Under the pieces are notes generated by a model. That model ran no database searches. It was not told the origin of the DNA and saw only the letters and a program-made list of their open reading frames with translations. A stretch of 64,000 nt of DNA, taken from NCBI GenBank assembly GCA_964252035.1, contig OZ176203.1; one strand, written 5' to 3'. This document shows, piece by piece, positions 12,176-23,013 of this stretch. Position numbers and translations under genes: made by a program. Origin of the DNA: Podarcis erhardii. Lineage: Eukaryota. Every line of letters begins with the position of its first letter. Position 1 is the first letter of the stretch.

Positions 12176-12288
12176 CTCGCGCAGGCCTGTCTCTGTTCTT
12201 CTCCCTCACGACAACTCTCTCCCTCTCCTCCAGTTCTCTCCTGAAGTCACGGTTGCGTACCTCTTCAGGGGCATCCTGGGTGGTTTGT
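12176..12288 (-). CDS. CWC15: CWC15 coding exon 2 ([37 protein letters not shown])
   Basis: Within ORF 12069..12350; tttcag acceptor, GAG|GTCTGT donor, 113 nt. Confidence 0.95.
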
Positions 12289-13049
12289 CTGAAACAAGAA
12301 GCAAGCGCAGAAGCTGAAGGGAAGGAATTATCCACATATAACTGACGCATTACAGTCGTTGTGACTATAAGAGGTCAAACATTCCTAACAAATATCACCT
12401 CGGCCAAATGCTCATCATTTTACTTATTACAAATCACTAACCCACTCTGAAGACTTCTAGAGCACCTCAACACATTTAAAAGGAATAATCAGACACTTAA
12501 AACAACAGAGAATAAGCTTTTAAAAAGAAATAAGTCTCCCTGGCAAAGGCATTCCAGGGCTAGAAGCCACCACAGAAAAGGGGGGGGGCTGGGGAAGGGC
12601 CTAAGAGAATGAAGGAAAGCATAGCATTTCAGGTACCCCATATGCCAAGCTGAATTGGGCTTTGAAAGCTGCTGTTTTATGGCAAATGGGTCACTGCCCC
12701 ACCGACTTCAGGGTGCCCTTAGCCAATCCCCACCTGCCCCCTTTATTACTTATAACCAGCTCAGGGGCAATGTCTGTCAGCTTCCTACTCCTCAGTCCCA
12801 GTGTTGCTCAGCAGGGAGGAATATGGGGACAACCCTAGATTTAGCTAGCTCTGGCTGCCTACGGCTCCGACCCTGTTCACTGCTGGTCTCCATTCTTTAT
12901 GCTCTACCACTTCCAATGGGCAACAGTCACCACTGGCTTTTAAGGTTAAGGACCAGTACCAGAACTTGCAAAGTGGTACTAGGCAAGCTATTATTCTTAC
13001 AGCTTCAACCCACTTCTGCAGTATGGAGATAATGACACTGCCCAAACGA

Positions 13050-13314
13050 ATTTCCCTATGGGCTTGCTTCGCAAGACGAAAATGTCTTGCGAGCTCCTGC
13101 GGGGTTTTTTCCCTCCCCCCCCTTTTCCTAAGCCCTAAGCCGCTTATCAGCTGATCCACTGATAAGCCGCTTATCAGCTGATCCGCTAAAAGCCACTAAA
13201 CCACTTATAGCGCTAATCCGCTCAGCTGTCAATGGGCTTGCTTCGCAAGACGAAAAAACCGCTATACGAAGAGCCTCATGGAACGGATTAATTTCGTCTT
13301 GCGAGGCACCACTG
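13050..13314. mobile_element. Truncated Tigger-type MITE, same family as 23014-25161
   Basis: Ends TTAATTTCGTCTTGCGAGGCACCACTG|TA; shares ATGGGCTTGCTTCGCAAGACGAA with the large element; the other TIR is missing. Confidence 0.8.
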
Positions 13315-13985
13315 TATTGCCCATTTGTGAAGTTCTACAAGAATTCTAAGATGACCGTACAGTGGTGGGAAATCTATGGACTGCAAGCCTAATTAGACTC
13401 ACCATGCTGACCCATTTGGCTCATGGGGCCATTTTGGTCAGCCAAAACCCATCTCCCATATACCTGGTGCCATATATGACATCACGTGCAGGGCAGGTGA
13501 AGATATGGTTTTGCTGAAAGCAGAATTTATAGGAACCATCGAGCAGCTGATTGCTGTGTCTTGCAAAGTGCTGTTTCTCTACCTATGCAGGTCTTCAAAC
13601 TGCTCAGATAAAGAAAAATGGGTCACTGGCGGTCAAGTGACTGACAAGCCATTTGACACCCTCCTGTCAAAACTGGTCTGCAAGGGTGGGGGTGGTAAGG
13701 ATCCGTATCCAATTCTCCACCCTTCCAACAAAGTTAGTTTTGCAAAGACATCCACAAAAGTTAATTACTCACCCAAATTACAAAGAGTTTGTCTGCCCAC
13801 CCGCACAGCATTTGTGCTATGCTGATAGCCAGAAAGAAAACAAATAATGAAATCACTTTTAGTTTGCAAATGTTTTCCTGTAGCAAATCCTACCTGCCAA
13901 AGGGACAGGAAAAACCATTCCCTGCTAAAGACAAAATAAAGGAACACTGCAGAAAACAATCCCCACAAGAAACGTAAACTGTTAC

Positions 13986-14116
13986 CTGTATTTGATTTTA
14001 GTATGAGAGGGAAGATCTCGGCTGGAATATTGTTTGGAGAGCTGACTTAAGTCACCTTCTCCTTTCCCTCTCCCTCCTCTTGCAGGTTCAAATGTTGGTC
14101 TAGCTGCAGTAGTCAT
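13986..14116 (-). CDS. CWC15: CWC15 first coding exon ([44 protein letters not shown]); spliceosome-associated protein CWC15
   Basis: ATG at 14116-14114, CAG|GTAAC donor, 131 nt. The six exons sum to 693 nt = 230 aa plus stop with consistent phases. Confidence 0.97.
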
Positions 14117-14708
14117 CTTTAATACTGTGAGATCAAATGCACATCATGGATGGAGGCTAGAGCCTGCCAGAGCAAAAAAGCAACAAATCTAAATCAAGAA
14201 GCATAGCAAGCCTTATTACCACACACTGCAGTCCCACATATGGCCCTCTGCGGCAGCTATTACTTAAAAAAAAACACCAAGATAGCTGCTTATGACACAT
14301 TGAGCACCATGCACAATTTGGTCCTATGAGCCAAAACAGCAAATCAGGAAGTCCCTGCCTTAATTCTCACCTCTACCAATAACATCACTACTTGGACTTT
14401 AGCAAGCCATTCTGCAATAAACCTCAACACCAAACTTGTAGTAATGATAGTGATAGTACTGCCATACCCGAGTTAGCCAACTGGGTGCCCTCCAGATGTT
14501 GCTGGACTCCCATCAGCCCTACCCAACATAGCCAAAGGTGATGGGAGTTGTAGTCCACAGAACTGGACTACAGTTGGAGGGTGCCATGTTGGCTGCCCCT
14601 ACCTTACAGGGCTGCCGTACGGCATTCAACTGGATAATACATGGACACTGCTTTGAGTGCTTGAAAATGCTAGGTGGGCATTGAGCACCACCTCCTTACC
14701 CTTACATT

Positions 14709-14882
14709 CTGTGCGCTCTGGTTTCCGTCACGGTGTCCCATTGCACCAGAAGCGGTTTAGTCATGACCCAGAAAGCTGTCTGTGGACAAACGGTGGCTCC
14801 ATTGGCCTGAAAAGCGATATGAGCGCCGCAATGCCATAGTCACCTTTGACTGGGCTTAACCGTGTAGGAATCCTTTACCTTC
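14709..14882 (+). mobile_element. 5'-truncated Sauria SINE in CWC15 intron 1
   Basis: 3' half of the SINE consensus; TSD acccttacatt (14698-14708, 14883-14893). Confidence 0.85.
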
Positions 14883-14992
14883 ACCCTTACATTACGGCAT
14901 AGGAACGAAGGCTGTACTCTTCCATTCACTCCTAGTATTCTGCATTGATTCACCGAATAATCCATTAAATGGATTTGCTGCGATCCCCTCGT

Positions 14993-15082
14993 CATAGCTG
15001 TCAACTTTTCCCTTTTTTAAAGGGAAATTCCCTTATTCCGAATAGGATTCCTCGCAAGAAAAGGGAAACGTTGACAGCTATG
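14993..15082. mobile_element. 90-bp palindromic hAT-type MITE in CWC15 intron 1
   Basis: CATAGCTGTCAACTTTTCCCTTTT ... AAAAGGGAAACGTTGACAGCTATG; 8-bp TSD cccctcgt / cacctcgt. Confidence 0.85.
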
Positions 15083-15149
15083 CACCTCGTTGTCATGTAC
15101 TGCAAAAGGACATGCTGGGCATTTTAACCCCCTGCACCTTTAGTGCGAC

Positions 15150-16400
15150 CCGCCTTTTCCCCGCTTATCTTTGTACAAAGAAACGGTAATGGCTGTTCTG
15201 AGGCGGCTTTGCTACTGAAAAACGAATTCTGATTCTTAAAAAAACGCACGAAGCCAGGGTCTCCCTGCGCGGCAACCGACCTAAACCACCGGCGTCTCCT
15301 GCTACGCCAGGGGAGCCCTGCTGGGCCAGGCCCAAGGCCCGCCCGAGGCCCCGGTGTCCCCCGTTCTCACCGGTGGGCCGCCCAGGAGTCAGGACCTGAG
15401 GCCTCCCCTCCTGCGACCCCCGCCCAAGGGCGCTCGGAGGCACGGAAGCCGCGACAGGGGAGCCTCCGGCCTCCGAAGACGCCCCTTCCCCCGCCCGAAA
15501 GGCTCACCGGCTGCTCCCTCCTCACGGGCACCAGGGCGGCGCGGCCACTAGGCCGGCAGAACCGTCGTAACCTCCGCACTCCCGGCAGCCACCGCGCCCA
15601 AGGCCGCAGGTGCGCGCGCAGACCCCGAAGACATAGAAAATCAACAGGCTAGAAAGACACGCCGCTCTAGTTTCCGGTTAAAATAAAGAAATAAATCGCG
15701 TCGCTCTGGGCATAAGCACCTCTATGGTCGTGCGATGGCTAGGTTGCGCGCGGCTTCAACTTTCGCCTCATCTCTCGTGGGAAGAAATGGAGAGCAATCC
15801 AAGAGGGAGGTGGGGCTGGAGACAAGACTCAGGGAGGCTGTAATGCGCAAACGTCATAGAGGATACCATAGAGATGGAGGTAGAACGTCTTCGCTCCTTT
15901 TTTTCCTCCTTTCCGTTGCGCAAAATGGCGGCGGCCAGTGGGAAACCGGAAGTTCCGGAGAGGCGCGCTTTAACACGCTGCTCGTAGACTTCCGCCCTCG
16001 AGGACAACGCAGTGGCGGGAGTCGGGGAAAGGAACGGTCTGCTTACGTCACGCTGCTTAGGATGCCCCGCCCACGAAGGGGCGGCGCCTGGTCGGAAGTG
16101 AGATTATTGCTCCCCCTGAGTTTCTGTTGCCATGGTGATGGAGAGAGGCTGGAAAGGCTCGAAAGGGAACAGTTTCTGGAGCAGAGCAAAGGGCTTCTGA
16201 GTGTATGCAGAGTTCGTTCCCCACCCCGCTCCGTAAAGATAATCTGCCGTCACGTGCTTGGACTTGCGGGGCATTGCTTCGTAAACCACTTGCCTTTCTT
16301 CTCTTTTTCGCGGGATTGAAGGATAGCTGTTCTGGTCCCACCATTCAGGGCACCTCGAGGGACCCGACAGCTTTTCTTGAGCTACGGGGACAGTGGCTTC
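15150..16400. promoter_or_regulatory. CpG island / bidirectional-type promoter of CWC15
   Basis: High GC and CpG. Motifs seen: TGCGCGCGCA (NRF1-like), TTGCGCAA 15916-15923, CAAAATGGCGGC (YY1) 15921-15932, CCGGAAGTTCCGG (double ETS) 15946-15958, TTACGTCA 16043-16050, GTTGCCATGGTGAT (RFX-like) 16126-16139, GTCACGTG 16249-16256. Confidence 0.85.
15508..15680 (-). other. CWC15: Probable non-coding exon 1 of CWC15 (5' boundary approximate)
   Basis: CCG|GTGAGC donor at 15507-15502 inside the CpG island, just downstream (minus sense) of an ETS TTCCGG motif; start site not determinable from sequence. Confidence 0.55.
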
Positions 16401-16598
16401 CACTTCCAAACCTTCGTGACTCAGCAGCTTCTTTTCACAGTAAAAATCAACAAGTTTTATCCCACTTTTTCCCTGTTCAGTGGTTCAAAGAAAGCTGTAA
16501 AAATCTGTATCTGAAATGCTAAAAGTCATGTTAAGCCACGAGAGGTCCTCAGGGAGCTGCAGAACTCACCAGAACCACTGAGGTGCTGTAAGGCGTTA

Positions 16599-16838
16599 CA
16601 GTGGTACCTCGGGTTACATATGCTTCAGGTTACATACGCTTCAGGTTACAGACTCTGCTAACCCATAAATATTACCTCGGATTAAGAACTTTGCTTCAGG
16701 ATGAGAACAGAAATCGCACGGCAGTGGCGCGGCAGCAACAGGAGGCCCCATTAGCTAAAGTGGTGCTTCAGGTTAAAAAGTTTCAGGTTAAGAATGGACC
16801 TCTGGAACGAATTAAGTATGTAACCAGAGGTACCACTG
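16599..16838. mobile_element. Tigger/pogo-type MITE
   Basis: TA|CAGTGGTACCTCGGGTTACATA ... TATGTAACCAGAGGTACCACTG|TA. Confidence 0.88.
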
Positions 16839-17460
16839 TAAAGACAAACCACAAGGTCTGTCTGGGGACCGGGGGCTTGTCCACATTTGAGTATTATTTA
16901 GCTGTTGTTGTTTTTTAATTATTATTATTACTGCTATTAAATTAAATTTATATACCACCCTTCATCCAAAGATCACAGAGCATTTTGCAACACTTTAAAT
17001 TCATGGCTAAATTCACAGCCCCCATTCAGATTAGACTGGAGTAGTCCACATCTGCATGTATTTGAATTTGTATATATTCTGGGAAGCAACTTCAGTCTTT
17101 ATTTGGGGTCCCTTCAGGCAGGTCCCAAACCAACTGATGACAAGAAAGCAGATTCTGGTTAAACATCAGGAGTAACTTTCTGAAGGTAAGATCTGTTCAA
17201 CAGTGGAATGGACTCCCTTGGAAGGTGGTGTTCGGCCCTCATGCATGTTCACTTCATCAAATCTGGCCCTCTTTGAAAAAAGTTTGGGCACCCCTGGGCT
17301 AAGATGACCCCCGGGGTTCCTTCCAGCTCTACAATTCTATGTTTCTATGACCCAACTGGGAAGGAGCGAAAGGCTTAGGTGGGGCTGGTAGAGCATGTGC
17401 TTTTGTACAAAAATCCCCAAGTTCAGTTCCTGCCATTTCTAAGACTTGGTCCGGAATCCT

Positions 17461-17699
17461 AGGCCAAATTCACGACATACTTTTAAAGCACCACAATACC
17501 ATTTAAAACACTTTAAACAGTGGTTTAACAACAAATCTTCAAAGGGAAATCTGATACTTGCAGCTCTGTGAGGGGAACAGGGGTCTTCTAACAACTTGCA
17601 GCACCTTAACAAACTACAGCTCCCAGAATTCTTTGGGGGAAGCCATGCATGTTTAAAGTAGCGTCATAGTATTTAAAATATATAGTGTGAATGTGGCCT
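17461..17699. mobile_element. MITE-like element with GGCC(A/C)ATTCAC-type termini; related fragments near 22340, 31720, 35340, 42300, 48470 and 57640
   Basis: TA|GGCCAAATTCAC ... GTGAATGTGGCC|TA; internal AACAAACTACAGCTCCCAGAATTCTTTGGGG block shared among copies; interrupts an older SINE. Confidence 0.6.
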
Positions 17700-20600
17700 A
17701 GACAGCTGCTACCAGTCAGGGTAGACAATAGTGTGTAAGATGTTCCTACTTATTTTGACTTTTCTTTAGTAGAGCAAGTCTGTGGTGGCTCCCTAGATTA
17801 AAAATCCAAGCTTTTCATTTCAATGCATTGAGGGTCTTCATAGAATCGTGATGTTCCTACTATCAGGTCTTCCATTTCTTTGGGCTCCGTTTAGTTCTCA
17901 TGTATACCTATATTTACCAGCTTATGTTATGCTTCTGATAAAGTGACTATTATCTGCACTACCAAGGTTTATGCCACATTACTCTGTTAATTAAGGGGCC
18001 ACAAGTCTATCAAGGTGTGGGTATTGTTTTTGCTGCAGCCAACTTACTGAAGTTCATGTTTTAAATTGACATTTCTCAAATGCTTCCACCCAGCAAAAAT
18101 ATGCAACTGTGCATACCGGAATAGCTAAGTGGAAGGCGGGGACCTTATCAAGGTTTTCTTTTTTCCTCCTGATTTGCCACTTGTAGACAGAGCAGGCAGA
18201 AATGTTTCTGAGGGGGAGTGGTAAGGAAAGAAGCTGTCCGTCCAGTTCATAACCTGCAACTTGAGTCCCACCCTTTCAGCAATGTCTCTCTTCCGGACCT
18301 GTCCCAGAATTGAACACGTGTTTGTGATACAAAAGATGCAAGCCCAGTCTTGCCTTCTGTGGAAACTTGGAAGGGATTTGACACTTGTTTCGGCAACAGT
18401 AAATATGAAAGCTATGTCAAAATACTAAATCTCCCATTTGTTGCCAGGTATTTACTTCTGGCAAAGAGAATCAAAGTAACACCTCATTCCACGTTAGGGC
18501 TTGCACAGAGGGTGTGATCTATAACAAAACCATTTATTTAATAGGCTTAAGATAACAATGGATGGTTGTGATGATGTTCTGGCACTACAGACACGGTGCT
18601 CTGCGTTTAGAGTCAACAGCAAGGAACACGCAACTGAGATTCAAATTGGAGAAAGTTTGCACCCAAGGCCCCTCTCCCTTGGATTCTAATGCAGTAGATT
18701 TTGGGTTTTTTCTAAAGAATAAGATACAAAGATGCAACCATTTGCATAGTTGGTACGAGAGAATCCAGATGATATTCCACCTGCTGGTGCGTGTTGGCAT
18801 CTGTCTGTCTCGGGAGACAATGGAGGAGTGTGCCTTTGGGGGTGAAGTCGAACTTTTGGAAGGTTGCAGTGCCTGCTGTGGCTGTAGAGACCGATATAAG
18901 AGAAACATGTTTTGTTACAGCTGGGGCAGATGAAGGTGTCTGGTTGTGTGTATCCTCTGGGAAATGGCGTGTTCCCAGTGCTTCTGAGTTACTGGCAAAA
19001 TAGGATTGCATAAGATACTGGGCTTGCTGAAGAGCCACTGATCCTAAGATAAGAAAACACCCACACACCATATATTCCCTCATTCTGTCCCCCTGACCAA
19101 TAGAAACAGATACACCCTGCCTTGTTGCCACCTGCTTATCCTGTATATATCTATCAAAATATTACACAAAATCCCATTAAGTTTCCATGTTCTCCACTGA
19201 CCATGGAAACTTTATGACATTTTGTAATCCCAAAGCTGCCATAGAGCAATTCCAGTTCATGGGGAATGCAATTCAGTATTGTTGGGCTCAGTACCCTTTG
19301 CAGGATTAAAAGTCGAAACGCCAATTCTGTTTCTTCTGGTTACGCTTCTGTGTTTCCTTTCACCTAAGGAATAAGTGCAAGGAGTTGTTTGAGGGTGGGG
19401 TTGGGTGAATATTTGTAGCCAGCCTACCAAACTGGCTCCGAGTGGTCAAGATGAAAGAGGGTTCAAAGACTATTGCAAGCTTTACTAGCCTGACTCTTGG
19501 CAAGGCTCCATGCATTCTCGTTGTTCCCTGTCGAACTTCATCACCCGCCTCCTCCCATTCTTGTTCCATCAAGCCTACAGCTGGCAACGAATGAAAGCAA
19601 GCTATGAACCCTTCCCATCTCTTGCCTGTTCAAGCCCTGCAAGAGCCAACTGACTTCTCCTGCAACAGCTGAAATATCTCCTTTTCTATGTGGAACAAAA
19701 AATTCAGTCCGTCAGTCGCTGATTTTGTTGTAGCAGGCTGCTGAGAAAATCCATGATGATACTGAGGCTGCACGTTTAATATACATGCTTACCTGAGAAC
19801 AAGTCCCACTGAATGCAATGGGCCTTATTTTTTAAAGCAGGAGAGAGAAAACTTGCTTGTTTACCACCTGCTCACACTGTTCTTTCTGCACGGATATTAC
19901 TTGGGCCTTCTGTATGCAGAACAGATGCCTTACCATTGAGTGCAATTTATCAAGAGCTCTGGCCTCTGCAGATAAGAGGGCTGCAGTTGGCCTTTTTTTC
20001 AGTCCCCAGACATACAAGGGAAGGCAATGTGCTCAGATGCTGGACTGGAAGCTGTTTTCTTGTGCAGAGAAACAGCATAAGGCTCTCTTTGATCAGGAAG
20101 CACAGCAAAGCTTTAGGGCAGAAACAAAACATAGCGGGCGCTGAATATTCCAGGACCATCAGAAGCTGAACAGACCACAAACCCCATTTGTGACTATTGC
20201 ACTTTTAAGTTATTTTAGACTCTGGAATTAATGGTCTTATAGGGAGATTCTCCTTTAGGCTGCAATGGGCCAACTTCAGGATACACCACCCTGGCTAAAT
20301 TGGGAGCCCCTCCAGCTCATTCTGCTGAGTGGGGCCCTGGACGCGTGCCCTAAATTCCTGCCCTGATGGCACCGCTGCAAAGAGTGTTGAATTGCACATT
20401 CTTCTCTTCTCCTGTTCGCCGTTCTGCTAAACCAACTGGAATGCAATGTCAGAAAACAAACCTCCGAGCAGATTCTTTACCCAGCAATAATATCTGACAT
20501 TGCGATTGCCCATCTGGTGCGTATCCCTCTGCCAAAAACAGCAAGTTAAACACCAAGGCCGGCTCAGTAAATTTTGCTGGACAAGGACGAGGCGATGCCA

Positions 20601-20766
20601 CCCTCCATTCCACAGGGTGGTGCCCCCAACTGCAGTGCTCTTCGCCAGATGTTGTTGGACTACGATTTCCATCATCCCTTGCCTTTTGGCTAAGCTGGCA
20701 GGGGATGATGGACATTGCCGTACAACAGGATCCATGGACCCAAGGTTGAATAACACTGTCCTATTG

Positions 20767-20781
20767 CACTAGATGGCAGTA
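20767..20781 (+). promoter_or_regulatory. Candidate CTCF site CACTAGATGGCAGTA
   Basis: Matches the CTCF consensus CCASYAGRKGGCRSYR at all but the first position. Confidence 0.5.
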
Positions 20782-23013
20782 GGCTTGTCTAGGAGCTGCA
20801 GGGCATACACAGCTCTGTACTCCAAGAACTCACCGCTTCTTCCCACCCCATAATATCTGCCACTTCACTCTGCCCAATGGTAGGGCCTGCTCTAGCCTCA
20901 AAGGCTGGCCTTGTGCCCAATTTGATCTTTGCACTGGTATGCAATCCCAGGCCATTACGCCTACGAGCTAAAGCAATCTGTATGACCCCGCAAGTCAGCC
21001 CAGTATTATTATATTAACCCAATTACAGATTGTGATGGAGGGGTGAGTGATAATGGCACCCATAAAAGCAATTGGTTCATTTCTGAGCTGAGCGATTTGC
21101 ACTTCCGCTTATTATATTATTTCGTTATCTTTGCCAGTTTCCCCAGTGATTCAGAGCTCAGAATGAGAGCTTATACAGAAGATGGACTCTCAAGCCCATC
21201 TGCTTCTCAGGCGGATCCTGATCAGGGCAGGCGCTCACATGTGCTTCTCCTTCCTCCTGAGTAGACTCACGTGTTGCCGGCTGGTCACACTGCCAGTGCC
21301 CTGAAGCTCACCTCTGGCTTGCCATCTTCTCTGCCCTTGTGGCCATGGGTGTGTGTGTGTGTGTGTTTGACAAAATCCGAGAATCAGCAAGGGTTCCAGG
21401 CAACTCCTATGGAGACCTCCAATAGCTCCTCAAGGTTGCTCCTCAGTGTTAGAAGAAAGGGCTATAGCTCAATTATAAGAGCATCTGCTTTGCATGCAGA
21501 AGAACCCAGTTTCAAACCCAGAAAGGTATGCGAGAGATCCCTGTCTGAAATTCTGGAAAGTCACTGTCAGTTGGTGCTGATAATACTGAACCCTATGGAC
21601 CATGGTTCTAAACTTGGCATTTCTATTCTGATTGTGTGGTGGTCAGCTGGGGAGGCCTGCTCTTCTTCCAAGGAGACCACAGGTTCCAGGTCTGGACCCT
21701 GGAAATTATGGTGTTACATGGTGTTCCAGGTGGTGTCCCATCTTACATGGAGCTCCAACTGGCTTCCCACCTGACAAGCTCCACTCCTTCTCAACGTCAC
21801 CATTGCTGATGTGTCAGGTGCTCTCCAACCAACCACATCAGTTAAGATCACAAGCGCATTGTTCATTCTCGTAACTGGCGGAAAATACAGCTCCTCGCCT
21901 CACACTAGCCCAAAGGGCTTTGCAAATTTCGTGTTCACTTTGTGACTGATTGAATAATCTGTCAGTGGTGAACATTAGCAAGCTGTAGTCAAGCCAAGAC
22001 ACTGGCTGGCATGCCTGATCTTCCTAGATAGGCAGCCAATGGTATCTGGGCTGTGTATGACAGCAATGGCACGAGGGCTCTCATTAAATTGATTTCATGG
22101 GCTGCACACACATATGACTGGCATGTATATGAGAAGCCAAAATGACACAGCAGTTCCATTTAAACTGCATTCCACAAGAGTGTATCCTATGATTTCCTCC
22201 TCCCCCCCTCCAGTATCAGTTTGTAAGTCATCTGAAGTCTTTTATGTAATAAGTTGGCAGGCACCTGCTGATGTCAAACCTATTCTGGCTGTGTACACAC
22301 TCTGCCATTAACACACAATCAAAGCACATTCCCCCCCTCAAAGAATTCTGGGCACTGTAGTTTGTTAAGAGTTGCTGGGAATTGTAACTGGGGGGGGGGG
22401 TAAACTACAGTGTCCAGAATTATTTGAGGGTAAGAATATGCTTTGAATAAGGCATAATGTGCTTTTTGCTCAATCATTTGGTTCCTTAGTACTGTACAGA
22501 TGAAGCAGATTTGCATTATTAACTGCTGAAGCCCTCTGCTCATGACCTGATGGTACAAAATGGTGCTGGAGGTGTTCGGAATCTCACAGCAGGCAGGCAT
22601 AGCATGATAATATGAGGTGCAGTCCAGAAAACACTAGATCTGCTTGAAGCTGATTAAACAACTGGAGATTGGCAGACAAAGATGGCTTAGAGCAGAGCTG
22701 TGGCTAACCTTTAGCCCTCCGTATGCTGTACAGGCAACAAACAGGTCCAACTGATGCGTGACCCTGCCTGTGTGCATTGCAGGGACCTGGAATTGGCAGG
22801 AAAAGGGGAAGTAATGGGGTGCAGCGGGCTTATGCAGCCTCTGCTGTCAAGCACAATGACCCGGAAAGCAACCCCCATGCAAATTGGAGGTTGCCTGTAC
22901 TATGACTCCCATCCAGGGCTGTAGCTACGGGATGGGCCCCCGCCAGAGGCGCAGGAGATGCGGGAGGTGCAAAATCGGCTTATAAATATGTCCATAAATA
23001 TAAATACTGATTA

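Noticed and set aside
15165-16522. Several ORFs of 60-194 aa in the CWC15 CpG island
   Set aside because: Low-complexity Arg/Gly/Pro-rich translations typical of GC-rich promoters; no homology recognised.
18562-19587. Overlapping 70-139 aa ORFs in the CWC15-ENDOD1 interval, considered as a KDM4 remnant or novel gene
   Set aside because: No JmjN/JmjC or other motif recognised and no convincing splice-bounded exon chain; a tblastn or PhyloCSF test would be needed to exclude fully.
22935-22955. CCGCCAGAGGCGCA as a CTCF site
   Set aside because: One base short of the core spacing and lies within a repeat fragment.
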